A DNA stretch of 64,000 nt from an uncultured delta proteobacterium (GCA_963776345.1 CAVZMH010000019.1:96001-160000); one strand, 5' to 3'; numbered from the stretch's first letter, positions 28,082 through 37,856 are shown. Notes: a model not told the origin generated them from the sequence alone. Made by a program: numbers and translations.

Positions 28082-28981
28082 GTGGGCGCGGTCGCCAAGG
28101 CGCAGACCTTCTGGCGTTCGGCGGTGGAGGGCATCCGCCACCAGCCCTTCGTCCACGCCGTGTCCACCATCACCCTGGCCATCGCCCTCTTCACCCTGGG
28201 CCTGGCCCGCTCGGCGGCCCACGAGCTGGACCGGCTGGTGGGGAGCCTCGGCGGCGAGGTGCGCGTCACGGTGTACCTGGACCCGCACGCCACGCCGGAG
28301 GCCCGCGGCGCGCTGGCGACCACGCTCCGCGGCCGGAGCATGGCGGTGGAGGAGGTGAGCCCGCGGGCGGCGCTGGAGCGGCTGGTCCGGGAGCTCGGTC
28401 CCGCCGCCGAGTCGTTGCGCGGGCTGTCCGAGGACCCGCTCCCGCCCTCGCTCGAGGTGCGCGTCCCCGAGCGGATGCGTGCGCCCGAGTCGCTGCGCGC
28501 GCTCGCCGCCGAGCTGCGGGGAACGGCGGCGGTGACCGGCGTCGACTACGGCGAGCAGGCGGTGGAGCGGCTCTCGGCCCTCGCCCGCGCGGTGCGCTGG
28601 GCGGGCTGGGTGGCGTTCATCGTGCTGGTGGGCGCCACGCTGATCATCGTCTCCGCCACGCTCCAGCTCGCCATCTATGCCCGCCGCGAGGAGGTGGAGA
28701 TCCAGAAGCTGGTGGGCGCGACCGACCGCTTCGTCCAGGCGCCGTTCCTGCTCGAGGGGGCGCTGCAGGGGCTCGCCGGCGCGGCGCTGGCCATCGCCGG
28801 CCTGGTCGCCTTCCGTCAGACGCTCTCGCCCCAGCTCGCGACCCTGCTGTCCTTCCTCCGGCTCCCCGGGGTGGCGGCGGACGCGCGGCCGTGGATGGAG
28901 GCCCTGGAGCTCGCGCTGGCCGGGGCGGCGCTGGGGCTGTCGGGGAGCTACCTCGCCGTGCACCGGTTCCTGCGCGCATGA
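28082..28981 (+). CDS. ftsX: Cell division permease FtsX
   Basis: DPLPPSLEV, ARREEVEIQKLVGATDRFVQAPFLLEG. Confidence 0.92.
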   Translation: MGAVAKAQTFWRSAVEGIRHQPFVHAVSTITLAIALFTLGLARSAAHELDRLVGSLGGEVRVTVYLDPHATPEARGALATTLRGRSMAVEEVSPRAALERLVRELGPAAESLRGLSEDPLPPSLEVRVPERMRAPESLRALAAELRGTAAVTGVDYGEQAVERLSALARAVRWAGWVAFIVLVGATLIIVSATLQLAIYARREEVEIQKLVGATDRFVQAPFLLEGALQGLAGAALAIAGLVAFRQTLSPQLATLLSFLRLPGVAADARPWMEALELALAGAALGLSGSYLAVHRFLRA

Positions 28982-30096
28982 GGGCCGGGCCGGCGCTGCT
29001 CGTCCTCCTGCTCGCCCGGAGCGCGGCAGCGGCCACCGAGGACTCCGCGGCGGACTCGGACCCGCTCGAGGCCCAGCGCGCGCTTCTCCGGGGCCTGCGC
29101 GCGCAGTCCGGCAACGCCGAGGCCGCCTTCGGCGTCTACGCCGGGCTCGCCCGGGTGTCGGCCGCGCGCGGCGTGGCGCTCTCCACCCAGATGCGGGTCC
29201 TCGCCAACCGGCTGGCGGCTGCCGAGGCCGAGGAGGTGCTCGCCCGCGCGGTGCTCGAGTCGAGGGTGGACCGGCTCCGGCCACGTCTGCTGTCGCTGTA
29301 CCAGCTCACCCAGCGCAGCCCGCTCGAGGTGCTGCTCCCGGCCGGGGACGTGGCCGCCCTCGCCTGGCGGGCCCGGGCGCTCTCCTCGCTCGTCCGGACC
29401 GACCTCGCCGCCCTCGACGAGATGCGCTCGGTGGTGGCCTTCCAGCGCTCTCGCCTCGAGCAGCTCGACGCCTGGAAGCGACAGGTGGGCAGCCGGCTCG
29501 GTGAGCTCCGGGCCGAGGTGGAGGAGGCGGCGGCGCAGCAGACCGAGCTCGGAGAGGCGCTGCAGCTGCTGCAGGCCAAGGCCCGCGCCGCTGGGACGGT
29601 GCTCGCCGAGCTGGCGCGCTCGCGGGCGCAGCTGCAGGCCGTGGCCGCGGTGCTGGAGGAGCCCGAGCCCACTGGCTTCGGCGCTCTCCGGGGGAAGCTG
29701 CCGCTCCCCACCGCGGGGCACGTGGAGGTGGCGTTCGGGCGGCTGGTCCACCCCAGGTTCAACACCGTCACGGTGCAGAAGGGGTTCGACATCCGTGCCC
29801 CGCCGGGCGCTCCGGTGAAGGCGCTCGCCCCGGCGACGGTGGCGTGGACCGGCTGGCTCAACGGCTACGGGAACCTCGTGGTGCTGGACCAGGGCGACGG
29901 CTACCACACGCTCTACGCCCACCTGGCCGAGGTGCTCCGGCCGGTGGGGGCCCATCTCTTTCCCGGCGAGGTGCTGGGCACCGTCGGCGACACCGGCTCG
30001 CTGAAGGGCGCCTACCTGTACTTCGAGGTCCGGCGACGCGGACTGGCAGTGGACCCGATGCCCTGGGTGGGCGCGGCCATGGCCCGCGCGCCGTAG
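28978..30096 (+). CDS. envC: Murein hydrolase activator EnvC-like (coiled coil + degenerate M23)
   Basis: Signal peptide, coiled coil, GYGNLVVLD..YAHL; Zn ligands replaced (QKGFD, LYFEVR); follows ftsEX. Confidence 0.82.
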   Translation: MRAGPALLVLLLARSAAAATEDSAADSDPLEAQRALLRGLRAQSGNAEAAFGVYAGLARVSAARGVALSTQMRVLANRLAAAEAEEVLARAVLESRVDRLRPRLLSLYQLTQRSPLEVLLPAGDVAALAWRARALSSLVRTDLAALDEMRSVVAFQRSRLEQLDAWKRQVGSRLGELRAEVEEAAAQQTELGEALQLLQAKARAAGTVLAELARSRAQLQAVAAVLEEPEPTGFGALRGKLPLPTAGHVEVAFGRLVHPRFNTVTVQKGFDIRAPPGAPVKALAPATVAWTGWLNGYGNLVVLDQGDGYHTLYAHLAEVLRPVGAHLFPGEVLGTVGDTGSLKGAYLYFEVRRRGLAVDPMPWVGAAMARAP

Positions 30097-30106
30097 CCCT
30101 TCGCCC

Positions 30107-30135
30107 TTGACGCACCGCATCACGATGCTTAACTT
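30107..30135 (+). promoter_or_regulatory. Putative sigma-70-type promoter, probably giving a leaderless mRNA
   Basis: TTGACG-17 nt-TAACTT; GTG start 7 nt after the -10; no SD. Confidence 0.5.
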
Positions 30136-30141
30136 CCGGTC

Positions 30142-31047
30142 GTGGACCTTCTCGCGACGCTCCAGGGCTACGTCCGGAGGCGGCTCGTGGCCGCGGGGGC
30201 GGGCTCCGACCTGTACCTCGTCGCCGGCCACTCGGTGCACGCCTACCGGGTGCCCGGGACGGGCGTGGGGCCGCCGGTGCTGCTGGTGCACGGCCTCGGC
30301 GGGAGCGCCAACGGCTGGGTGCGCATCCTCCGGCCCCTCGCCCGAGACTTCTCCGCCGTCTACGCGCTGGACCTCCCTGGGAATGGTTTCTCGCCGCTGC
30401 CCGCGTCCGGGCCGCTCACGCTCGAGGAGCAGCTCGAGGTCCTGCACGCGTTCTGCCGCGAGGTGGTGAGGGCGCCGGCCTTCGTGGTGGGGAACTCTCT
30501 CGGAGGGGCCCTGTCGGTCATCCTCGCCGCGGTGCACCCCGGGGACGTCGCGGCGCTGGCCCTGGTGGCGCCGGCCGGGGGCCAGATGACACCCGAGTCG
30601 TTGGCCGAGCTGATGCGGGCGCTCGACGTGCGGACCACCGCCGATGCGCTGCGGCTCACCCGCCGGCTGTTCCACCGGGCGCCGCTGGTGGCCATCCTCT
30701 TCGCCCCCGAGCTGAGGAAGCTGCACGCCACCCCGGCGGTGCGTGCCCTGCGCAGCCACGCGCAGCAGCGCCACTCCATCCCGCCCGACCTCCTCGCCAC
30801 GCTGCGCGCGCCGACGCTGCTCCTGTGGGGCGCGAGCGAGAAGCTGCTCCCGCGGGAGCAGCTGGACTGGTACCGCGCGCACCTCCCGCCCGGGGCGCGC
30901 ATCGAGGTGGTGCCGGGCTTCGGCCACGTTCCGCAGATGGAGCGACCGCGCGAGCTGGTGGCGCGTCTGCGGAGCTTCGCCGAGGAGCTCGGCCTGCTGG
31001 CGGTCAGTCCCCCGCACCAGGGGGACGCCCGCGGAGCGGCGCAGTAG
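30142..31047 (+). CDS. Alpha/beta fold hydrolase
   Basis: LVHGLGGS, DLPGNG, GNSLGG nucleophile elbow, GHVPQME. Confidence 0.9.
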   Translation: MDLLATLQGYVRRRLVAAGAGSDLYLVAGHSVHAYRVPGTGVGPPVLLVHGLGGSANGWVRILRPLARDFSAVYALDLPGNGFSPLPASGPLTLEEQLEVLHAFCREVVRAPAFVVGNSLGGALSVILAAVHPGDVAALALVAPAGGQMTPESLAELMRALDVRTTADALRLTRRLFHRAPLVAILFAPELRKLHATPAVRALRSHAQQRHSIPPDLLATLRAPTLLLWGASEKLLPREQLDWYRAHLPPGARIEVVPGFGHVPQMERPRELVARLRSFAEELGLLAVSPPHQGDARGAAQ

Positions 31048-31063
31048 CGCCGCCCGTCCAGGC

Positions 31064-31582
31064 TCAGTGCCCCGGCCGGAGCCTTTCTCCCGTCGTGAGG
31101 TAGTGGTTGAGCGCCAGCTCCCAGTGGCGCATCGCCCGGAGGTACTCGTCGGGCGTCCTGCTCCGCACCAGCGCCACGCCGGACGGCCCCAGCGCGGTCC
31201 AGGTGTAGCGGACCGCGGCGACGGTCCGGGCCGGCCCGTCGGCCCGGAGCCGGATGTCGATCTCCGTCACGTCCGAGCCTGGGGTGAAGTGGACGTAGTG
31301 CACGTGCCCGGCGGCGGGCTCGAAGGCATCGAGGAGCCACACCGTCTCCGGCTGCCCGGGGTGACGGACGACGAAGAGGGTGCCCGCGCCGCCACCCGGT
31401 GGCTCCCAGCGCATCTCGGGCTCCCAGCCGGGCGCCCAGGCGCGCTCGCCGAGGGGGGTGAGCAGCGGCAGCACCCGGTCGGGCGGGGCCTCGAGGTGCT
31501 GCTCGTAGACGTGGCTCACCCGCTCCAGCGAGTCGGCCGGGGCGGTGGCCAGCGCCGCGGTGACGAGGGGGACGAGGGTCAT
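31064..31582 (-). CDS. SRPBCC/START-like hypothetical protein
   Basis: APPDRVLPLLTPLGERAWAPGW; C-terminal helix WELALNHYL; ATGA overlap with marR stop. Confidence 0.65.
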   Translation of the reverse strand: MTLVPLVTAALATAPADSLERVSHVYEQHLEAPPDRVLPLLTPLGERAWAPGWEPEMRWEPPGGGAGTLFVVRHPGQPETVWLLDAFEPAAGHVHYVHFTPGSDVTEIDIRLRADGPARTVAAVRYTWTALGPSGVALVRSRTPDEYLRAMRHWELALNHYLTTGERLRPGH

Positions 31583-32034
31583 GGGGACTTCCTCCTGGGC
31601 TCGGGCGAGGTCTCGCCGTCGATGGTCTCGGACAGGGCGTGGAGCACCGCCTGGAAGCCGCGGAGGTCCCGCTCGGTGAGCCGGGCCATCGCCCGGTCCT
31701 CGAGATCGAGGAGGTGCTGGTGCACCCGGGCGGCCGTCCGGGCGCCGGTCCGGGTGAGCCGGACGGTGAACGACCGCCGGTCCTCGGGCCGCACGTCGCG
31801 GGTGACGTCGCCGCGGGCCTCCAGCCGGTCGAGGTAGCTGGTGAGGGTCGAGCGCTTGTGGGCGAACGCCCGGTGGAGCTCGGCGACCGAGGAGGGCCCG
31901 GCCTCGGCCAGGTGGGCCAGGAGGTGGGACTCGCCCTGCGAGAGGCCGAGCGGGGGCCTCGCCGCATCCAGGTACAGGCCGAGCCGATGGGTGGTGCGGT
32001 GGACGAAGGGGACCAGCTGGAGGCGCGGCTTCAT
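31579..32034 (-). CDS. MarR family transcriptional regulator
   Basis: STLTSYLDRLEARG, DRRSFTVRLTRTG. Confidence 0.9.
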   Translation of the reverse strand: MKPRLQLVPFVHRTTHRLGLYLDAARPPLGLSQGESHLLAHLAEAGPSSVAELHRAFAHKRSTLTSYLDRLEARGDVTRDVRPEDRRSFTVRLTRTGARTAARVHQHLLDLEDRAMARLTERDLRGFQAVLHALSETIDGETSPEPRRKSP

Positions 32035-32035
32035 G

Positions 32036-32061
32036 CCGACATCGGATAGTACGATATCGGA
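32036..32061 (-). promoter_or_regulatory. Putative MarR operator overlapping a -10 element
   Basis: Near-palindromic boxes CGACATCGGA and CGATATCGGA flank a minus-strand TACTAT just upstream of the marR ATG. Confidence 0.5.
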
Positions 32062-32132
32062 ATGAATGTCCATAGGGCTGGTGTGGACTCGCCTCGCCCG
32101 GGCGGCCCGGGCTACGCTGGGGGACCAAGACC

Positions 32133-33422
32133 GTGAACGGCCTCGTCTCTCTCCTCGTCCTGTCCACCCTGGCCGCCGCTCCCGCCCCGGCGCCGCCGCC
32201 CGAGGACGCCACCTACCGGCAGCTGGAGCTCTTCGCCCGGGTGCTCTCCTACGTGCAGAACAACTACGTGGAGAAGGTGGACGAGCGGCAGCTGGTCTAC
32301 GGCGCCATCCGGGGAATGCTGGAGACGCTCGACCCGCACACCGTCTTCATGCCCCCCGAGCTGTTCAAGGAGATGAAGATCGACACCTCGGGCGAGTTCG
32401 GCGGCCTGGGGCTGGACGTGGTCAGGCGCGGGGACACGCTGGTGGTGGTCTCACCGCTCGACGACACGCCGGCGGCGCGGGCGGGCATCCAGCCCGGGGA
32501 CGAGATCCTGGCCATCGACGGCGAGAGCACGCAGGGGATGGACGTGGCCCGGGCCACGGCGAAGATGCGCGGGCCGGCCGGGCAGCGGGTGACGCTCACC
32601 CTGATGCGAACCGGCTTCCAGCAGCCCCAGGACATCGTCCTCCTCCGCGACCACGTCCGCATCGTCTCGGTGCAGGGCGCGCTGTACGGCGGCATCGGCT
32701 GGGTGCGGCTGAAGAACTTCCAGGAGCGCACCGACGCGAACCTCAAGCGCGAGCTCGACCGGCTCCGGGCCGAGAACGGCGGGCGCGAGCTGTCGGGCCT
32801 GGTGCTCGACCTGCGCAACAACCCCGGCGGGCTCCTGGACCAGGCGGTGGCGGTGAGCGACCGCTTCCTCCCGGGCCGGCTGACCATCGTCAGCACCCGG
32901 GGGCGCGCCGGGCGGAGCCTCACCGAGGAGAAGAGCCGCGACCCCGGCACCGAGCCGGACTACCCGCTGGTGGTCCTGGTGAACGCCGGGAGCGCCTCGG
33001 CGTCAGAGGTCGTGGCCGGCGCGCTGCAGGACCACGGTCGGGCCACCGTGCTCGGGACGCAGACCTTCGGGAAGGGCTCGGTGCAGACGGTCATCGAGCT
33101 CGAGGACGGGAGCGGTCTGAAGCTCACCATCGCCCGCTACTACACGCCGAAGGGACGGAGCATCCAGGAGCGTGGCATCGAGCCGGACTTCCTGGTGCCC
33201 GCCGAGGGCACCGTGCGCGAGCTCCGGGAGAAGGACCTCCGCCGGCACTTCCGGAACCTGGACGCGGGCACCGCCGAGACCGTGCACCGGCTGCCCCCGC
33301 AGCCTCCCTGGGAGGCGAGCCAGAAGCTCACCGACCTTCAGCTCCGGGCCGCGCTCGACTACCTGCACGCCCATCCGCACGCCCCGGGGCGGCAGGCCGC
33401 GGAGCTGCGCCCGTCGCCCTGA
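32133..33422 (+). CDS. ctpA: Carboxyl-terminal processing protease (S41, PDZ)
   Basis: GEFGGLGL, LDLRNNPGG, SASASEVVAGALQD, TFGKGSVQ. Confidence 0.92.
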   Translation: MNGLVSLLVLSTLAAAPAPAPPPEDATYRQLELFARVLSYVQNNYVEKVDERQLVYGAIRGMLETLDPHTVFMPPELFKEMKIDTSGEFGGLGLDVVRRGDTLVVVSPLDDTPAARAGIQPGDEILAIDGESTQGMDVARATAKMRGPAGQRVTLTLMRTGFQQPQDIVLLRDHVRIVSVQGALYGGIGWVRLKNFQERTDANLKRELDRLRAENGGRELSGLVLDLRNNPGGLLDQAVAVSDRFLPGRLTIVSTRGRAGRSLTEEKSRDPGTEPDYPLVVLVNAGSASASEVVAGALQDHGRATVLGTQTFGKGSVQTVIELEDGSGLKLTIARYYTPKGRSIQERGIEPDFLVPAEGTVRELREKDLRRHFRNLDAGTAETVHRLPPQPPWEASQKLTDLQLRAALDYLHAHPHAPGRQAAELRPSP

Positions 33423-33497
33423 GAGGGCCTTTCTCCGAGGGCCGGTGTAACGCCCGGGGACGACCCCGTACGCCAGGGTGGAGGACACACCCCGCCC

Positions 33498-34154
33498 ATG
33501 GCCATCACCAACCAGACCGCTGGAACCCGCGTCGACGAGATCGCCGACGGCATCTACCGCATCAGCACCCCCGTCCCGCCGAGCTTCATTCCCGGTGGAT
33601 TCACCTTCAACCAGTTCCTGGTGGCCGACGAGGCGCCGCTCCTCTTCCACACCGGACCGCGCCGGATGTTCGAGCTCACCCGCGAGGCGGTGGCGCACGT
33701 GCTGGGAGACGCGGCCCGGCTCCGCTTCGTGTCCTTCTCGCACGTCGAGGCCGACGAGTGCGGCGCGCTCAACGCCTGGCTCGCGGTGGCGCCCGGGGCC
33801 GAGCCGGTGTGCAGCCAGACCGCGGCCATGGTGTCGGTGAACGACCTGGCCGACCGGCCGCCGAGGGCGCTCGCCGACGGGGAGGAGCTGTCCCTGGGCC
33901 GCCGGTCGGTGCGCTGGCTGGACACGCCGCACCTGCCGCACGGCTGGGAGAGCGGGCTGCTCTTCGAGCCGGCGAGCCGGACCCTCCTCTGCGGAGACCT
34001 CTTCACCCGCACCGGCGCGTCGGAGCTCCCGGCCCTCACCGAGTCCGACGTGCTCGAGCCTGCTCTCGCACATCCACCACTCCGAGCCACTTGCGGTCGC
34101 AAGGTCTCACGATCATTGACACGGCGTGTCAGCGGTCAAGTAGGCGTGTTGTAA
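33498..34154 (+). CDS. MBL-fold metallo-hydrolase (FprA/ODP-like), probably C-terminally truncated
   Basis: FNQFLV, SHVEADECG, HLPHGWE, CGDLF; coding character lost after about 34070. Confidence 0.72.
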   Translation: MAITNQTAGTRVDEIADGIYRISTPVPPSFIPGGFTFNQFLVADEAPLLFHTGPRRMFELTREAVAHVLGDAARLRFVSFSHVEADECGALNAWLAVAPGAEPVCSQTAAMVSVNDLADRPPRALADGEELSLGRRSVRWLDTPHLPHGWESGLLFEPASRTLLCGDLFTRTGASELPALTESDVLEPALAHPPLRATCGRKVSRSLTRRVSGQVGVL

Positions 34155-34168
34155 GTGGTCGGAATCGT

Positions 34169-34197
34169 TTGACACCAGAGGGTCACGTCCCTATCCT
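34169..34197 (+). promoter_or_regulatory. Sigma-70-type promoter for the GT2 gene
   Basis: TTGACA-17 nt-TATCCT. Confidence 0.65.
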
Positions 34198-34254
34198 GCC
34201 GCGCCGCCCAGGGACCGGACACTCGGGCGTGTGGACGAGGGGCCAGCGCCAGAG

Positions 34255-35772
34255 ATGACCACAGTCGAGATCGCGTTCCTGGCTCTGTACTTCGCCGTCC
34301 TGTGCGTGCTGGCCGTCTACGGCTCTCACCGCTACCGGATGGCGTTCCTGTACTACCGGCACAAGTTCAAGATCCCGACGCCGAACGGCACCCTCGCCCG
34401 CCTGCCGCGGGTCACCATCCAGCTCCCGGTCTACAACGAGATGTACGTGGTGGAGCGGCTCATCGAGGCCGTCTGCCGCATCGAGTACCCGCGCGACCTG
34501 CTCGAGATCCAGCTCCTGGACGACTCGACCGACGAGACCTGCGGCATCGCCCGGGCCGCGGTGGAGCGCCACCGCCGCGCCGGACAGGACATCACCTACA
34601 TCCAACGGACCAACCGCAAGGGCTTCAAGGCCGGTGCGCTGGAGCACGGGCTCGTGTCCGCCACCGGCGAGTACGTGGCGGTCTTCGACGCCGACTTCGT
34701 CCCCGCGCCGGACTTCCTGAAGCGCACCGTGCCCTTCTTCGCCGACCCGAAGGTGGGCATGGTGCAGGTACGCTGGGGCCACCTGAACCGCGAGTTCTCC
34801 ATCCTCACCCAGGCCCAGAGCATCTTCCTCGACGGCCACTTCGTCATCGAGCACACCGCCCGGAACCGCTCCGGCTGCTTCTTCAACTTCAACGGCACCG
34901 CCGGCATCTGGCGGCGGAGCACCATCGGCGACGCGGGCGGATGGCAGCACGACACGCTCACCGAGGACCTGGACCTCAGCTACCGCGCCCAGCTGAAGGG
35001 CTGGCAGTTCATCTTCCTGCCCGAGGTGGTGTCCCCGGCCGAGGTGCCGGTGGACATGAACGCCTTCAAGAGCCAGCAGCACCGCTGGGCCAAGGGCTCC
35101 ATCCAGACCGCGCGGAAGCTCCTGCCCACCATCCTGAGGAGCGACCTTCCGGCGGCGGTGAAGCGGGAGGCGTTCTTCCACCTCACCAACAACATCGCCT
35201 ACCTCCTGATGGTGCTGCTGTCGGTGCTGATGCCGCTGTCCATGGTGGTGCGGTTCAACCACGGCCTGTACTCGACGCTCTTCCTCGACCTGCCGTTCTG
35301 CCTCGCCGCCACCGTCTCGGTTTGCTTCTTCTACGTCGCCACCCAGCGGGAGCTGGGGCTCACCGGCTGGCAGCGGGTGAAGTACCTGCCCTTCATCATG
35401 TCGCTGGGCATCGGGCTGGCGCTCAACAACGCCAAGGCGGTCATCGAGGCGCTCCTCAACCAGCAGAGCGCCTTCGCCCGGACGCCGAAGACGGGCAGCG
35501 AGGGCAAGAGCCTCCGCTCGACCGTGAAGCGCAGCTACCGGGGCACCCGGAGCATGATGCCGCTGCTCGAGCTGGGCTTCGGGCTCTATTTCTCCGGGGC
35601 GCTCTGGTTCGCCATCGACGCCCACATCTGGACCTCGGTCCCGTTCCTGGTGCTGTTCCAGGTCGGCTTCCTGTACGTGGGGGCGGTGAGCCTCTTCCAG
35701 GGCCGGTCCATCGTCCGCCGGGCGCTCGCGCCCGCCGTCGCCCCGGCGCCGTCCGCCCAGCGCGCGGCCTGA
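34255..35772 (+). CDS. Cellulose-synthase-like GT2 membrane glycosyltransferase
   Basis: QLPVYNE, DDSTD, KAGAL, FDADF, TEDLD, QQHRW (QxxRW); TM helices. Confidence 0.92.
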   Translation: MTTVEIAFLALYFAVLCVLAVYGSHRYRMAFLYYRHKFKIPTPNGTLARLPRVTIQLPVYNEMYVVERLIEAVCRIEYPRDLLEIQLLDDSTDETCGIARAAVERHRRAGQDITYIQRTNRKGFKAGALEHGLVSATGEYVAVFDADFVPAPDFLKRTVPFFADPKVGMVQVRWGHLNREFSILTQAQSIFLDGHFVIEHTARNRSGCFFNFNGTAGIWRRSTIGDAGGWQHDTLTEDLDLSYRAQLKGWQFIFLPEVVSPAEVPVDMNAFKSQQHRWAKGSIQTARKLLPTILRSDLPAAVKREAFFHLTNNIAYLLMVLLSVLMPLSMVVRFNHGLYSTLFLDLPFCLAATVSVCFFYVATQRELGLTGWQRVKYLPFIMSLGIGLALNNAKAVIEALLNQQSAFARTPKTGSEGKSLRSTVKRSYRGTRSMMPLLELGFGLYFSGALWFAIDAHIWTSVPFLVLFQVGFLYVGAVSLFQGRSIVRRALAPAVAPAPSAQRAA

Positions 35773-35812
35773 TCGCGCCGGGGCGGACCCTCCCCGCGGC
35801 GACGGCGCTCGC

Positions 35813-36297
35813 TCACCTCCCGCCGTCGGGGGGCGCGCGTAGCAGGAGGTAGCTCCGCATCTCCGGCGGGGAGGCATCCACGGCCGCGCACCGTCCGTCC
35901 ACCCGCATCCACTCCACCGTGCGCAGGAGGAGCCCGCCGTCGGGGCAGCCGCTGAGCTCGACCGGGAGGCTGGCCTCGCAGCCCGGGCCCGAGGCGCCCA
36001 TCCGCGGCGCCCGTGTCTCGCCCGAGAGCCCGGTGGCGGTGCGCCGGAGCACCACCCGCGCGCTGCTGGCCCGGTCAGGGGTGCCGCCGTCCGCCCAGCG
36101 GCGCTCGACGTCGAGCAGCACCGTGCCCCCGTCGTCGGTGGCCCGGTAGCTCCAGGTCGGGTCGGAGGCCAGCACCCAGCGGCCGGAGAAGTCGTCGCCG
36201 CAGCCCTCGGGCAGCGCGCGGGGCGCGGCGGCACGGGCGGTGGCGGCGGCGTCGCGCAGGCGAGGAGCGCGGCCAGGAGGAGGGGCGCTCTGCGCAT
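35813..36297 (-). pseudogene. Putative lipoprotein gene split by a 1-nt frameshift (real or sequencing error)
   Basis: MRRAPLLLAALLAC lipobox from ATG 36297 in one frame; ALPEGCGDDFSGRWVLASDPTW continues in another; shift near 36221. Confidence 0.6.
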
Positions 36298-37784
36298 CAC
36301 GCCGCCGCGAAGAGCGCCTCCACGAACTCGTGCGGATCGAACGGGCGCAGGTCCGCCACCTTCTCGCCCACGCCCACCCAGGTGACGGGGATCTTCAGCT
36401 CGTCGCTGATGCCGATGACCACCCCGCCCTTGGCTGTGCCGTCGAGCTTGGTCAGCGCGATGCCGGTCACTCCGACGGCCTCCTGGAACTGCCTGGCCTG
36501 GGCGATGGCGTTCTGGCCCATCGTGGCGTCCAGCACCAGGAGCACCTCGTGCGGCGCGCCGGGGAGCGCCTTGCCCAGCACCCGCTTGACCTTGGTCAGC
36601 TCCTCCATCAGCGGCGTCTTGGTGTGGAGCCGGCCCGCGGTGTCGATCAGCACCGCGTCGGCGCCCTCGGCCAGCGCGCGCTTCACCGCGTCGAACACCA
36701 CCGCGCCCGGGTCGGACCCGTCGGGCCCGCGGACCAGCGTGGCGTGCGCCCGCTCGGCCCAGACGTCCAGCTGCTCGGTCGCCGCGGCGCGAAAGGTGTC
36801 GCCGGCGGCGATGACCACCTTCTTGCCTGCCCGGGTGAGCCGGGCGGCCAGCTTGCCGATGGTGGTCGTCTTCCCGGAGCCGTTCACCCCGACCACCATG
36901 GTGACGTGCGGCGGTCCGCCCCCCTGGAGCGAGGCGGGGTGGGGGAGCGAGACCATCCGCTCGACCTCCGAGCGGATCAGCCCCTTCACCCGGCCCACGT
37001 CCGAGAGCTCGCGGCGCTTCAGCCGCTCCCGCGCGGCGTCCACCAGCCCCGAGGCGGTGCGGACGCCGATGTCGGCGGTGAAGAGGATCTCCTCCAGCTG
37101 GGCGAGGACGCCGTCGTCCACCGCGGAGCCCCGCGAGAAGAGCCCGTTGAGCCGGGCCATGAAGCCCTCGCCCCGGGTGCGCTCGAGCCCCGCGGCGAGC
37201 GTGCGTCCTGCCTCCGCCTCGGTGCGTGCCCGCGTCTCCTCCTCGGCACGGAGGCGCTGCGCCTCGGCGGCCTCCCGGGCGCGGGCCGCCTCCTCGTCCC
37301 GGAGCCGGCGCGCCTCGGCCTCCTCGCGGGCCCGGCGCTCGCGGGTCTCCGCCTCGGCGGCCTTCTTCGCCCGGTACTCCTCGCGCTTGGCCTCCTCCTC
37401 GCCTTTCTTGAGCTCGCGGGCCTCGGCCTCGAGCCGGGCGCGCCCGGCGGCCTCGGTCTCGGCGCGGGCCTTCTCTTGCAGCTCCCGCCGCTCGCGGGCG
37501 ATGGCCTCGGCGCGGGCCCGGGCGGCGGCGGCCTCCTCGCGGGCGCGGGCCTCGTCCGGGCTCGGGGGGAGCTCCGGCCGGACCGGCGGCGGGCCGGGCA
37601 GTCCGGCCGGTGGGGGAGGAGGCGCCCCGGCACGACGGCGAGCGCGGGCCCGGAGCGCGAGCGCCGCGGAGGCCGCGGCGACGACGAGGAGACCGCCCCC
37701 GAGCAGCTCGACGGTGTGGCGGTCGAGCCCGAAGAGTTCCGGAAGCGGAGTGGCAACCTGGGCCAGAAGCAGGAACGGCGACAT
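36297..37784 (-). CDS. ftsY: SRP receptor FtsY
   Basis: GVNGSGKTTTIGKLA, GDTFRAAA, DTAGRLH, TKLDGTAKGG. Confidence 0.96.
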   Translation of the reverse strand: MSPFLLLAQVATPLPELFGLDRHTVELLGGGLLVVAAASAALALRARARRRAGAPPPPPAGLPGPPPVRPELPPSPDEARAREEAAAARARAEAIARERRELQEKARAETEAAGRARLEAEARELKKGEEEAKREEYRAKKAAEAETRERRAREEAEARRLRDEEAARAREAAEAQRLRAEEETRARTEAEAGRTLAAGLERTRGEGFMARLNGLFSRGSAVDDGVLAQLEEILFTADIGVRTASGLVDAARERLKRRELSDVGRVKGLIRSEVERMVSLPHPASLQGGGPPHVTMVVGVNGSGKTTTIGKLAARLTRAGKKVVIAAGDTFRAAATEQLDVWAERAHATLVRGPDGSDPGAVVFDAVKRALAEGADAVLIDTAGRLHTKTPLMEELTKVKRVLGKALPGAPHEVLLVLDATMGQNAIAQARQFQEAVGVTGIALTKLDGTAKGGVVIGISDELKIPVTWVGVGEKVADLRPFDPHEFVEALFAAA

Positions 37785-37856
37785 GAGGCGCCTCTCTTAC
37801 GTCATCTGACGCTTCCGTCGACACCCGCCTTGTGCGGTAAGAGTCGCTCCACCCGC

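Noticed and set aside
24766..28341. 1191-aa ORF as a giant ABC ATPase fusion
   Set aside because: Only the part from ATG 25686 is ABC-like; the rest is antisense to gpx and ftsE
34183..37824. 1213-aa minus-strand ORF
   Set aside because: Off-frame of ftsY and antisense to GT2; only the lipobox segment near 36297 looks real
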